NCBI GenBank assembly: GCA_964468345.1
Contig: CAYXVZ010000035.1
Location: forward strand, 132-64,131
DNA: 64,000 nt
Direction of reading: 5' to 3'
Source of the DNA: an uncultured Heliobacteriaceae bacterium
GTDB taxonomy: Bacteria > Acidobacteriota > Blastocatellia > RBC074
Both the position numbers and the translations under genes were made by a program. The notes beneath the pieces were generated by a model. The model saw nothing but the letters and a program-made list of their open reading frames with translations. It had not been told where the DNA came from and did not search any database. This document shows positions 45,152 to 57,230 of the stretch, in pieces (the first letter of the stretch is position 1; each line of letters opens with the position of its first letter).

Positions 45152-48100
45152 TTAGAACAAGAGCTTCAAAGCGAATTGCGTTTGGCGCGGCGTATACACA
45201 CCCGCTGTCGAGGTGATCTTGCCGTAGTTCGGGTTGCCGAACGAAGCGTTGGGTTGGCCGAAGACTGGATGGTTCGGCACGTTGAACATCTCCGTGCGGA
45301 ATTGCAGATCCCAACCTTCGCGCACCTTGAATGTCTTGAAGATTGAAGCGTTGATGATGCTTTGATTCGGGCCGTAGCCTTGATTGCGCGACGAATTGCC
45401 CAGCGTGAAATTTGCCGGCAAGGCAAAGGCCGCCGGATCGAGGAACTGGCCGCCGACGCCGACCGTCGGATTGGAAACGCGAATTTCATCGCGCAAACGA
45501 TTGGGACGTTCGCCGCCGCCGCCGATGACGCCGCTGACGTTTTGTTGATTCGTCACCGTGAACGGCAGGCCGGTTTGCCACGTCACCGTGCCGTTGGTTT
45601 GCCAGCGGCCCAGCACCTGTCCGGCGAAGCCTTTTAAATCCTTGCCCCATGGCAATTCATAGTTCGCGCCGAACGACCAGCGATACTTGATGTTGAAATC
45701 GCTCGTTGCGCGGTCATATCGTTTGACGTTGGCGACGACTTGATCGAACGGGCCGGCCAGCATGCCATAGCCGCCCGTGCTGGTTCCGAGTCCGGTGACC
45801 TCGTCTACGCCGTGCGCCCAGGTAAAGCCGGACGTGGCGCTTAACCCTTTTGAGAAACGGCGATTGAAACTGAGCTGGAGCGCGTTATAACTCGCATTGC
45901 CGCTCGACGTCAGATAGCCAATCGTCGTCACGCGCGGCGCGCTCGCGGCAAAGGGACGCGGATTGGCCGTGGCGTTGCCGCTGGGCAGCGCGCGATTGAT
46001 GTCGGGAATCGCCATCGCCATCCGGCGGCCTTGCGTGCCCAGATAAGCGATGCTGGCGACGTTGTTGCCGAATTGTTTTTCCAGCGTCAGGTTGAATTGA
46101 ATGTTGTACGAAGATTTGAAATCTAAATCCATCGCGCCGATGGTCGAAGGAATAATCGCGGCCAGATTGAGCGCACCGTTGACGCGCGGAAATGCGCTCG
46201 GTTCGACCGGACGCGGCGCGCCTTGCGCGAAGGTGCCCGTGCCCGCCGGGCAACCCGTATTCGTCAAGCTTCCCGTCGTCGAAGTGCCGCAGGTAAAGGC
46301 CGCCGTGAACGGAGCATTTTTCAGCAAGCCGTTCGATCCGTAATCGCCGGGGAAAAAGCTCCACCCGACGCCGCCGCGCAACACCATGCCCGAAACCAGC
46401 GTCGCTGCGAATCCGACGCGGGGCGCGAAGTTCGTGTAATCGGTTTTGATGCCGACCGAAGCGTTGCTGTTCTCGCCCGCCGCCAACACCGTGGCCGTGA
46501 TCGGATCGAAATTCGACAGGCGGTTGTATTGTTCGGTCTTTGGGGTGAATACGTCATAGCGCAAGCCGAGATTGAGCGTGAGCCAGTTGGTGGCGCGCCA
46601 ATCGTCCTGCACATAAGCTCCCGTTTCCCAGGTGCGATAGCCGGGTTTGTAAAGACTCGTGACGCGCTCAATCGCCACAGGCGCGCCGACGATGAAATTC
46701 GCCAGACCGAAATTCGTGATCGAAGGCGCATTGTTCGCGTGCGCATTGAACGTGAAGCCGCCGCGTCCGGAGCGGCTTTGCGTAAACGAAAACTGCCGCC
46801 GGATCAGTTGCGCGCCCAGCTTCACGTTATGCGCGCCGCGCGTCCACGTGAGCGCGCCGTTATATTGAAACGTGTTGCTGAAATTCAGCAGCGGCACGAA
46901 CCAGGCATCGCCCAAATCCTGAAAGCCTTGAATGACCACGCGCGGCAAGCCGAAGGTCTGTTGGTCGCCGATGTTGACGCAACTCACCGCCGTGCAGGGA
47001 AAGCCCAACTCGTTCGCGGCATTCTTGCCGTCGTTGATCGTCTTGGACTGAATCGCCACGCGCGTGTAACCGGTGCGCAATTCCAGCAATAAATTCGGTC
47101 TGAGCGTGCGCACGAGGTTGAGTTGGATGTTTTGCGCGCGCGATTCATTCGGCCCCGCGAAATTGAATACGCCGCCCGGATTGACGCCGCCGGCTGCCGC
47201 CGGAAAGCCCGGCGGTTGCACGGTTGTCACATCGTTGAACGAATAACGTCCGAACATATTCATCTTGTCGTTGAGGCGATGATCGACGCGCGCGTCAAAG
47301 GTCGAAGCGTCCTGCGGGCGCACGGGCGAAGAAGCGTAATTGACCGTATTGATGCCCGGCCCGGTCGGCAACGGCAACAGCGCGGCGAATTTCAAGGCAA
47401 TCGGATCGCGTAAGCTTGCATAAACGCCCTGATCCAAACGATTGAACGGAACCGGCCCCGCCGGCGCATTGCCCAGCGCATTGATGAAATTGATTTGTTG
47501 CGCGGCGTTGGCACAGATGCCCTGCGCGTTGAAACCCGCCGAGCAGTTTTCCGAAAAGTCGCCGATGCGTTGTTTCGCCGTCGGGATCGTCGACGTGATG
47601 GCGATGCCCTGGCGAATTTTCAAGGCTTCGTAATCGCCGAAGAAAAACGTCCTATCCTTGCGAATCGGCCCGCCGATGCTGCCGCCGAATTGGTTCTGGC
47701 GGAATTTTGCCTTGGGCAATTGCGCGCCGCCCGTGAAATTGTAATTGCCGTTCGCATCGAATTTGTCGTTGCGCAGGAATTCGAACAGCGAACCGTGAAA
47801 GTTGTTCGTGCCGGACTTGGTCAGGATGTTCACGACGCCGCCCGATGTGCGCGAGACTTCGGCGCTATACAAATTGGTCTGCACCTTGAATTCCTGAATC
47901 GCATCAATCGAAGGCCGCACGCCAATCGTGCCGATGACGCGCTCGTTGTTATCCATGCCGTCAATCATATTGTTATTGACCACGGGGTCTTGTCCGTTGA
48001 CGGAATACGACGAACTCAGGCGCCGATCATCAGGCCGCGTCCCCGTCGCCAACCCATTCGGCGGCCCCGGACTGACGCCCGGCGCAAGTAGCGCGAGTTG

Positions 48101-48583
48101 TATGTAATTGCGTCCGTTGAGCGGCAGCTCCTGCACGAGCTTGCCCGTGATCGCTGTGCCCACGGTGGAAGTGTCTGTCTGCAACACATTGGCGTCAGCG
48201 ATGATGCTGACGGTTTCGCTGGTTTGGCCGACTTCGAGTTTGGCGTCCACGCGCGTGCGGTCGCCGCCGACGAGCGTGATTTGATTGACGGCGAAACTCT
48301 TGAATCCCGCCGCTTCGATTTTGATCGCATACACGCCGATGGGCAGCAGATTGAACGTATACGCGCCCGCATCATCCGTCGTCGTCGTGCGTACAATGTT
48401 CGTGCCCAAATTGGTCACCGTGACTTTGGCGTTGGGCAACACTGCGCCCGCGTTGTCAGTGACCGTGCCGACAACGTCCGCGCTGATCACCTGCGCCGTC
48501 GCGCAAACGTATAAGCTGCAAAGCAAAGTCAGTACGACACAAGCGAACTGGCAGGATTGCCGATCGGCAAGCACTCTTTTCAT
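45152..48583 (-). CDS. TonB-dependent receptor, Oar-like
   Basis: LPLNGRNY, TKSGTNNFHGSLFEFLRN and C-terminal PRQTQFALKLLF motifs. Confidence 0.93.
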   Translation of the reverse strand: MKRVLADRQSCQFACVVLTLLCSLYVCATAQVISADVVGTVTDNAGAVLPNAKVTVTNLGTNIVRTTTTDDAGAYTFNLLPIGVYAIKIEAAGFKSFAVNQITLVGGDRTRVDAKLEVGQTSETVSIIADANVLQTDTSTVGTAITGKLVQELPLNGRNYIQLALLAPGVSPGPPNGLATGTRPDDRRLSSSYSVNGQDPVVNNNMIDGMDNNERVIGTIGVRPSIDAIQEFKVQTNLYSAEVSRTSGGVVNILTKSGTNNFHGSLFEFLRNDKFDANGNYNFTGGAQLPKAKFRQNQFGGSIGGPIRKDRTFFFGDYEALKIRQGIAITSTIPTAKQRIGDFSENCSAGFNAQGICANAAQQINFINALGNAPAGPVPFNRLDQGVYASLRDPIALKFAALLPLPTGPGINTVNYASSPVRPQDASTFDARVDHRLNDKMNMFGRYSFNDVTTVQPPGFPAAAGGVNPGGVFNFAGPNESRAQNIQLNLVRTLRPNLLLELRTGYTRVAIQSKTINDGKNAANELGFPCTAVSCVNIGDQQTFGLPRVVIQGFQDLGDAWFVPLLNFSNTFQYNGALTWTRGAHNVKLGAQLIRRQFSFTQSRSGRGGFTFNAHANNAPSITNFGLANFIVGAPVAIERVTSLYKPGYRTWETGAYVQDDWRATNWLTLNLGLRYDVFTPKTEQYNRLSNFDPITATVLAAGENSNASVGIKTDYTNFAPRVGFAATLVSGMVLRGGVGWSFFPGDYGSNGLLKNAPFTAAFTCGTSTTGSLTNTGCPAGTGTFAQGAPRPVEPSAFPRVNGALNLAAIIPSTIGAMDLDFKSSYNIQFNLTLEKQFGNNVASIAYLGTQGRRMAMAIPDINRALPSGNATANPRPFAASAPRVTTIGYLTSSGNASYNALQLSFNRRFSKGLSATSGFTWAHGVDEVTGLGTSTGGYGMLAGPFDQVVANVKRYDRATSDFNIKYRWSFGANYELPWGKDLKGFAGQVLGRWQTNGTVTWQTGLPFTVTNQQNVSGVIGGGGERPNRLRDEIRVSNPTVGVGGQFLDPAAFALPANFTLGNSSRNQGYGPNQSIINASIFKTFKVREGWDLQFRTEMFNVPNHPVFGQPNASFGNPNYGKITSTAGVYTPRQTQFALKLLF

Positions 48584-49073
48584 AGGTCTCCTTGATTGGC
48601 GGCACGGTTGTGAGACAGCCCGTGTCAGATGAACGTCTTCAACGATGCGTTGATTTCAGCCGCAACGTATGCGATGCATTACAGTCGGCGCCTGAGCCTA
48701 CACTTCTTTGCACGTTTCCCACGGGCGGCGCGGCTGCGCCGACTGCACGAAATATACAAACGCGAGATCAGGTCAGGATGGTTATTACATTCTTATATGG
48801 TATTGCGAATCCTAATGCGGAATCGGTTTCTTTGGTAGTCATGAATAGAGAAATGCTGTCCAGAGGAAGAGAAATCAAAAGGCAAAAGCACGAGCCATAT
48901 CTCGCAAAATAGGATTTGCAGGCAATCCTTTTGCTTTCATTGTCGTGTGCCAATCTTGCCTGGTCTGATTTGGATCGGTTGGCAATTCAGAGTCCGGCAG
49001 TGGGCCGCCCTCGCCCGCGGCGTTGATGCCCGCGCGCATCGTTTTTTCATGGGAGCCTGGTGAAAAAAGGTAG

Positions 49074-50114
49074 TCAGGATTTCAGGTCTTCAGCAGGCAG
49101 ATGGATCACGTTGCCGCTGCCGGCCGATTCATAAGCCGCGAAGATCAACTGCACGGTCTTCAAATTATCTTCGCCCGTGGTTTCGGCCTGCGCTTCGCCG
49201 CGCAGCGCCGCCAGCAGGTTGGCATTGCACGGAACGATGCTGGCCTGCACCAGTTCATAGGCGGGATCAACCCAATTGAATCGAGGCGGCGGATAGCGTC
49301 TGGCGCAGGAACCGGCTTCCGTCGTCAGGCAGATGCGATAATCCGGCCCCAGTTCGAGCGAGCCTTTCTCGCCTTCGATGACGACATATGTTTCGGGAAA
49401 GCGTTCGTGCTCGGTGCGGCTGGCATAGCTCATTTCGCAAATGACGGTCATCCCGCCGTCCATCGTCATCATCACGGTTGCCACATCTTCGCCTTTGATT
49501 TCCTTGTGAATGCTGTGCGTCCGGCAATACAGCGTGCCGGCTTCGCCGAATAAAAAGCGCGCCGTGTCGAGAATGTGGCTGCCGATGTCGGTCAGGATGA
49601 ATTGCTCCAGATCCTTCAGAAACGGCTGATTGTCGAAGACCGGAAAGCTGGAACAAAAATGGATGCGCGCGCGAAACGGCCGGCCGATAACGCCGCGCGC
49701 CAGGTCGTGTTTCAACTGGCGCAGCGGCGTTTGCCAGCGCCAGTTTTCATGCACAAAAAAGGGAGTGTTCGATGCGCGGCAGACGCGTGCCATCTCGGCG
49801 GCTTCGGCCAGGGTGGGCGCCATCGGCTTTTGACAAATGACGGGCAGGCGGCGCGACGCAGCCAGATGCACCAGCGGCGCGTGTGTTTTGACATCGGTGA
49901 TGATGTCCAGAAAATCCAGCCGTTCGCGCTCCAGCATCTCCTGCGCGTTGTCGTAAACGGCAGGCACGCCGAATTCCCGCGCCAGTTCTTCGGCTCTTCC
50001 ACGATGACGATTGCACAACGCGACGCATTCCACGCCCGGCAGTTCATGCCATCCCGCCAATTGATAGCGCGCCCAGAAGCCCGTTCCCACAACAGCAAAG
50101 CGCAATTTGTTCAT
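49074..50114 (-). CDS. Gfo/Idh/MocA oxidoreductase (D-apiose dehydrogenase-like)
   Basis: VGTGFWA, CQKP, HENWRWQ and DIGSH motifs. Confidence 0.85.
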   Translation of the reverse strand: MNKLRFAVVGTGFWARYQLAGWHELPGVECVALCNRHRGRAEELAREFGVPAVYDNAQEMLERERLDFLDIITDVKTHAPLVHLAASRRLPVICQKPMAPTLAEAAEMARVCRASNTPFFVHENWRWQTPLRQLKHDLARGVIGRPFRARIHFCSSFPVFDNQPFLKDLEQFILTDIGSHILDTARFLFGEAGTLYCRTHSIHKEIKGEDVATVMMTMDGGMTVICEMSYASRTEHERFPETYVVIEGEKGSLELGPDYRICLTTEAGSCARRYPPPRFNWVDPAYELVQASIVPCNANLLAALRGEAQAETTGEDNLKTVQLIFAAYESAGSGNVIHLPAEDLKS

Positions 50115-50121
50115 GTCCTTT

Positions 50122-51582
<1,461 letters not shown>

Positions 51583-51596
51583 GATGATTTTCCGTA

Positions 51597-52985
51597 TCAG
51601 GTCAGCAGACCTTTGATGATATTTCCATGCACATCCGTCAGCCGGTAATCGCGTCCGCCATGCCGGTAAGTCAGGCGCGTGTGATCGAAACCGAGCAGGT
51701 GCAATATCGTCGCGTGAAAGTCATGCAGGTGGACTTCGTTCTCGACCGCTTGATCGCCGAACTCATCCGACTGGCCGTAGGTGATGCCCGGCTTCACGCC
51801 GCCGCCCGCCATCCATGAACTGAACACGAAATTGTGATGCGCGCGTCCGTCGGGTTGATCCGTCCACGGCGTGCGCCCGTATTCAGTCGTCCAAACCACC
51901 AGCGTTTCATCCAGCATCCCGCGCGATTTGAGGTCGCGCAACAACGCGGCAATCGGCTGGTCAATGTTGCGCGCGAGTTTTTCGTATTTCTTCAACTCGC
52001 CGTGCGCGTCCCAGTTGTTGTTCGATCCGGTATCGATCAATTCGATAAAGCGCACGCCGCGTTCAGCCAGGCGTCGCGCGACCAGACACTGCCAGCCATA
52101 GCTTTTCGTGTCGTCGCGCGTGATGCCATAGAGCTTTAACGTGGCGTCCGTCTCCTTCGATAAATCCAGCACTTCAGGCATCTGTTGTTGCATGCCGAAC
52201 GCCGTCTCGAACGATTTGATGCGCGCCGACAGTGAAGAATCGTTCGCGCGCGTGAGCAGGTGCTGCGAATTGAGATCGGCCAGCAGTTCAAGTTCGCGTT
52301 GTTGAATGCGGTCAGAAGGCGAACGCCGGGCGAGGTCGGGGATCGGTTCGCTGCCGGGAATTACGCGCGTGCCCTGATGCACGGCGGGCAGAAAATCCGA
52401 ACTCCAGACTTGTCCGCCCGCATAAGGCAAATGCGGCGCGAGTACGATGAAGGAAGGCAGGTTTTGATTTTCAGTGCCGAGGCCATAACTCACCCACGAA
52501 CCCATGCACGGACGCTTGAACGTCACCGAACCCGTGTGCATGCCGAGCGTGCCCTGGAAATGTTCGTTGTGATCGGTCTTCATCGAACGAATCACGCACA
52601 CCTCGTGCATCATTTCGCGCAGGTGCGGAAACAGGTCGCTGACTTCAGTGCCGCATTGCCGATTCGGTTTGAAGTCCCACAGCGGTCGCAATAATGGCCG
52701 CCCGTTCGCGCCAAGCCCTTTTTGTTCCGCAGCGGCGACCAGTTTGGGCTTCGGGTCAAAGGTTTCCATCTGCGCTACGCCGCCCGTGGAATATAAAAAA
52801 ATGACGCGCCTGGCTTTGGCGGGGAAGTGCGGCGGACGCGGCGCCAGCGGATTATCGGATTGCGGATTGCGAATTGCGGATTGCGGATCGGTTGCCGCTG
52901 ACAATTCGCTGATGATGCCGGGAAAGACGAGCGAACCGCCCAGGAGCGAATGAATCATTTGGCGACGAGAATAGTGTTTATTCAT
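51597..52985 (-). CDS. DUF1501 protein (Tat-exported)
   Basis: SRRQMI, ETFDPKP, LVARRLAERGVRF, WDAH and EYGRTP motifs. Confidence 0.92.
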   Translation of the reverse strand: MNKHYSRRQMIHSLLGGSLVFPGIISELSAATDPQSAIRNPQSDNPLAPRPPHFPAKARRVIFLYSTGGVAQMETFDPKPKLVAAAEQKGLGANGRPLLRPLWDFKPNRQCGTEVSDLFPHLREMMHEVCVIRSMKTDHNEHFQGTLGMHTGSVTFKRPCMGSWVSYGLGTENQNLPSFIVLAPHLPYAGGQVWSSDFLPAVHQGTRVIPGSEPIPDLARRSPSDRIQQRELELLADLNSQHLLTRANDSSLSARIKSFETAFGMQQQMPEVLDLSKETDATLKLYGITRDDTKSYGWQCLVARRLAERGVRFIELIDTGSNNNWDAHGELKKYEKLARNIDQPIAALLRDLKSRGMLDETLVVWTTEYGRTPWTDQPDGRAHHNFVFSSWMAGGGVKPGITYGQSDEFGDQAVENEVHLHDFHATILHLLGFDHTRLTYRHGGRDYRLTDVHGNIIKGLLT

Positions 52986-52989
52986 AGCT

Positions 52990-55596
52990 TCAATCCACAA
53001 AAACAAATTCGCTGCTGCTCAACAACACGCGCAGATAGCTCGCTAACGCCGCGCGCGTTTGCGCCTCTTCGTCTATGTTGACCGCAACCAGATCCGGCCG
53101 CACATTGCGCAGATAAGCCAGGCCTTTTTTCAGTTCATCCGCTGTGGGCTTGCGCCCGAACGCAAGGCGATAAGCGTAATCGATGCGTTGCGCATCATCC
53201 GCGTAAGCCAGCCCGACGCGAACAGCGAAGGCGTCGGCCTGTTTATGCACGAACGGATCATTCATCATAAACAGCGCCTGCAACGGGGTCGTGCTTAACA
53301 TCCGTTCGCCTGTCGCCGCGTTGGTGTCGGCTCCGTCAAAGATCGCCAGTTGCGGATGCGGGCGGATGCGTTGCTGCATCAGATAAACGCCGCGCCCATT
53401 GTGTTCATAGTTTGCCACGAAAGGATGATGCACGGTGAAGCGCCAATCTTTTTCAGGCGGGAAGGGATGCGGGCCGTTGACGTTGTGTTCGAGCGTGCCG
53501 CTCACCATTAGCATCGCATCGCGAATCTCTTCGGCCGAAAGGCGCCGGCGGTTGAAACGCGAGAGCAAGGTATTCGCGGCGTCTTCGGCGGGCGCCGCGG
53601 CGCTGGCAAGTTGATAAACGCGCGAGAGCATTATGCGGCGGTGCATCTTTTTGAAGGACCAGCCGTCGGCAATGAATTGCGCGGCGAGATAATCCAACAA
53701 GTCGGGATGCGTGGGCGCAAGGCCGCGCGCGCCGAAATCGTTGGGCGTTTGCACCAGGCCTCTGCCGAAATGATGCAACCAGATGCGATTGACGATCACG
53801 CGCGCCGTCAAGGGATTTTTGGCATCGGCGATCCATTCGGCGAGTTCGCGGCGGCCGCTGCCCTTCTGATTTTCCGGCAGGCGCGCACCGCCGAGAATCT
53901 GCAAGAAGCCGCGCGGGGCCACGTCGCCGAGATTCTTGTTATCGCCTTTGCGTTGAATGCGCGAATCCGCCGCGGCGCCTTCCGATACGGCATAGGCGCG
54001 TTCGACGCGCGGCGGTTCGTTCAATTCAAACAAGCGCAACCGAACCTTTTCGAGTTCGGCTTCGATCTCTGGAATCGCGCGTTGCGAGGTTTTGCCCGCA
54101 ATGCGATTGCGGTCGTCGTGGTCTTCTTCGCCGAGCTTGCTGGGGTCAATGATGCGCCCGACCTGATCGGTTTCGATGCCCTTGCCACCGGTTGTCGCAA
54201 ATGCCGTTGACGCTAACGCAGGCGACGCGGCTTGCTGATTCTGCCGCCCGCGCACATAGCCGCGCTCGACCTGCAAGGCTTCGCGTTTGAGCTCGAGCTT
54301 GCGCACTTCAGCCTGGTATTTCGCCAGGCGCTCCGCTTCTGCGCCTTTGACGAGCGGCGTCAGGCTATGCGCGTGCGCGTAAATTTCAGTGCCGGGAAAA
54401 GCGTATTGCGTGCTTTTGAAAATGCCATAGAGCGCGTAATAGTCGCGCGTCGGAATCGGATCGAATTTATGATCGTGGCAGCGCGCGCACGACACGCTCA
54501 AGCCGAGAAAAGCCTTGCCCAGATTGTCGAGCGTATCGTCAATCATCAGGTTGTCATCGGTGTCGCGCGAACCGAAGCGCCGTGAAATGGCCACATAACC
54601 GGTGGCGATGATCTTCTCCTGCCGTTCAGCCTCGGCGGCTATTTCGTCGGTGCTTTGAATCGGCAACAGGTCGCCCGCGATTTGTTCGCGGATGAATCGA
54701 TCGTATGGCTTGTCGTCGTTGAATGCCTTGATGACGTAGTTGCGATATTTATACGCCGACGGCACGGGGAAGTCCGACGCACAGCCCGCCGTGTCGGCAT
54801 ACCGCACCAAATCCAACCAATGCCTGCCCCAGCGTTCGCCATAGGCAGGCGAAGCCAGCAAACGGTCGACGACTTTCTCGAAAGCATTCGGCGCATCGTC
54901 GTTAACGAAGGCTTCGACCTCGCGCGGCGTCGGCGGCAAACCCGTCAGATCAAACGTCGCGCGGCGAATCAACGCGCGCCTGTCTGCATCGCCGACCGGT
55001 TTGAATTTTTTCTTTTCGAGTTCGGCGAGGATGAAATTGTCTATCGGCGTTTTGCCCCAGGACGGATCGTTGACCGCGGGAACGCTTGCGGCTTTGAGCG
55101 GCTGAAACGACCAGAACTTTTTGGCTTCGTTGAAATCATAAGCTTCGGTTTTGGCGCCGGCTGTTTCGGACCGCGGATCAGGCGCGCCCATTTTGATCCA
55201 CGTTTCAAAATCACGAATGACGGTTGCGGGCAACTTGCCGCTCATCGGCATTTGCAATTTCGCGTCGGCGTGCCGAATCGCCTTGATCAGCACACTCTTT
55301 TCAGGCTCACCGGCAATGATCGCCGGCGCGCCCGACGCCCCGCCTCTCAACATTCCCGCGCGCGTGTCGAGCCGCAATCCGCCCGCCGGTTTTTTCGCCT
55401 CCGCGCTATGGCACTGGTAACACTGGCTGACGAGCACGGGGCGAATCTTCCGCTCGAAAAAATCAAGGCCTTCCTTTGAAAAAACGCTGGATGGAGCCTG
55501 TTGACCTCTCGCGGTTGCAAGAGAAGGCAGACAGAACAGCGAGCCTGCCAGCAGCGCGAAACTGTGCTTGAGAAAACCGGCTGTGCTGATCTTCAT
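52990..55596 (-). CDS. PSD1 / planctomycete cytochrome c protein (DUF1549 + DUF1553)
   Basis: FFERKIRP..CYQCH, HWLDLVRYADT, CARCHDHKFDP and NPLTARVIVNRIW motifs. Confidence 0.92.
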   Translation of the reverse strand: MKISTAGFLKHSFALLAGSLFCLPSLATARGQQAPSSVFSKEGLDFFERKIRPVLVSQCYQCHSAEAKKPAGGLRLDTRAGMLRGGASGAPAIIAGEPEKSVLIKAIRHADAKLQMPMSGKLPATVIRDFETWIKMGAPDPRSETAGAKTEAYDFNEAKKFWSFQPLKAASVPAVNDPSWGKTPIDNFILAELEKKKFKPVGDADRRALIRRATFDLTGLPPTPREVEAFVNDDAPNAFEKVVDRLLASPAYGERWGRHWLDLVRYADTAGCASDFPVPSAYKYRNYVIKAFNDDKPYDRFIREQIAGDLLPIQSTDEIAAEAERQEKIIATGYVAISRRFGSRDTDDNLMIDDTLDNLGKAFLGLSVSCARCHDHKFDPIPTRDYYALYGIFKSTQYAFPGTEIYAHAHSLTPLVKGAEAERLAKYQAEVRKLELKREALQVERGYVRGRQNQQAASPALASTAFATTGGKGIETDQVGRIIDPSKLGEEDHDDRNRIAGKTSQRAIPEIEAELEKVRLRLFELNEPPRVERAYAVSEGAAADSRIQRKGDNKNLGDVAPRGFLQILGGARLPENQKGSGRRELAEWIADAKNPLTARVIVNRIWLHHFGRGLVQTPNDFGARGLAPTHPDLLDYLAAQFIADGWSFKKMHRRIMLSRVYQLASAAAPAEDAANTLLSRFNRRRLSAEEIRDAMLMVSGTLEHNVNGPHPFPPEKDWRFTVHHPFVANYEHNGRGVYLMQQRIRPHPQLAIFDGADTNAATGERMLSTTPLQALFMMNDPFVHKQADAFAVRVGLAYADDAQRIDYAYRLAFGRKPTADELKKGLAYLRNVRPDLVAVNIDEEAQTRAALASYLRVLLSSSEFVFVD

Positions 55597-55822
55597 CGAA
55601 AATGCTCCCGGTCATGCAAAGTGATTGCGGGTGCGGTGCCGCCAACTTGTTTGTGACAATCCCGCCTGCTTGGAGTAAAGGCCAAAATCTGAAACTCTTT
55701 GATAGGTTGCGAATTTACTATAAGCCAATTCATTGAGCTATAAAGATCACATCAAATATTCTGAGGATCGTATCATTTGATTAGCCGGCAAGATCGGAAT
55801 CGCATTTGCCCCCTTATGCTCC

Positions 55823-55921
55823 TTGACTGTTATCGTTAGCATTCGGCTTTGTACATCAGAATGTCTTTGCATTGCGCCGACCTCCTGATGTACAAAGTCG
55901 AGCGTTAACGTCAACAGTCAA
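55823..55921. repeat. Long imperfect hairpin
   Basis: ttgactgtt..cgtta..ctttgtacatcag / ctgatgtacaaag..taacg..aacagtcaa. Confidence 0.65.
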
Positions 55922-56028
55922 AGAGCGGCCATAACTGCTTCAACATCAATCACTGGTCGCTCAGCGAAACCTTCGGTTAATAACAGGCCTAATAGCCTGT
56001 AAACATAATTGCTTTCAGTTTTCGCGTG

Positions 56029-56218
56029 AGCGCCAAAGGCGCGACCAGCCAATATTCAGGGGGGAGCGAAGCGAGCCCCTGGACAGCCAACAGTTTTTTG
56101 CGCCCTGAAGGGGCGCCGGCAAATTCTTCTGCCCCTTCAGGGCGGGAATGATTTCGCAATCAAACCAGGGCCTCGCTTCGCTCCCCCCTGAATATTGGCT
56201 GGTCGCGCCTTTGGCGCT
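56029..56218. repeat. REP-like multi-hairpin element
   Basis: agcgccaaaggcgcgaccagccaatattcagggggagcgaagcgag and its complement at the ends, with inner cgccctgaaggggc / gccccttcagggcg. Confidence 0.75.
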
Positions 56219-56257
56219 TATCGTTGTAGTCAACTTCAATGCTTCTCTTACTTTTTA

Positions 56258-56446
56258 GGTAATTACTCGTGGGCTCTCCGTCCCGGAGGGACGATGCGAA
56301 TTCAGGCAGGCCGTTTACGGCCTGTAAGAGCAAGAAAAATGTTCACCGTCCCATCGGGACGGTATGAATAGCAATCACTGCAGGCCGTAAACGGCCTGCC
56401 TGAATTCACATCGTCCCTCCGGGACGAAATTCAGTGAGTAAATACC
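56258..56446. mobile_element. 189-bp MITE with 11-bp TIRs and 6-bp target duplication
   Basis: ggtaattactc ... gagtaaatacc, flanked by ttttta on both sides. Internal REP-like hairpins cgtcccggagggacg. Confidence 0.75.
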
Positions 56447-56449
56447 TTT

Positions 56450-56597
56450 TTAGATCAGTGCAAACAACTATGAGACAAAGCTTTTACCACGAAAAAACGA
56501 AGAGCACGAAGAAAGACGAAAGAAAAAGCCTTCTCTCTCTCTTCTTCGTGCTCCTCGTTTCATCGTGGTTGTGCCTTTCTTCGTTGTCCTGATTTAG
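56450..56597. mobile_element. 148-bp CTAAATCAG-end family element
   Basis: ttagatcagtgcaaacaa ... GAAG-type hairpin ... ttgtcctgatttag. Confidence 0.7.
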
Positions 56598-57230
56598 TAA
56601 AGTAAATAATTTTGTTTCCAGCGTTCTTAACCGAAAATCGAAAGACAATGACATTACTCAATATCATCGATGAGATGTGATGTTGAATAACGCTCGACCT
56701 TATGCGTTTCCTGCGGGCGGCGCAGCCGCGCCGCCCGTGGGAAATGCACAACGTCGAGCTAAGGGCGCGATATATATTAACTTCCCGGTTTAGGTGAAAA
56801 CCATCTTCAGCCCGAAGGGATGATAGCGATTAGCCGGCGGTTGGGCTGCAAGCCCCAGAGCCGGAAAAGCGAGAATGTCACCGACCACGGTAGGGGGGCG
56901 CAGATGCATACGCTGGCATCCCTTCGGACGCTGTGTCTTGTCCTGTTCCGGCGGCATCGGTTCGCTCGTGTCACCGGCTTCGGGTTCCTCATGCCGGGAC
57001 GTTATGTTTTTACGCGCCCTGCGCGCCGAAAACTATCGGCATTTTGTAGAGCGGTTACTATGGAATTCAGGAAAAAGAACTTCATCCGCAAGTTACATGA
57101 AGTTATGCGAAGGGGAAAGCAAGACTGTATTCATTGACCTCTTCGCTTTTCAATGTGCTTCTTCGTGTAACCTGGTGGAAGATCATTTACTTAATCTCTA
57201 TAACCTGCAATACGATGGAGGACTGAGAGT

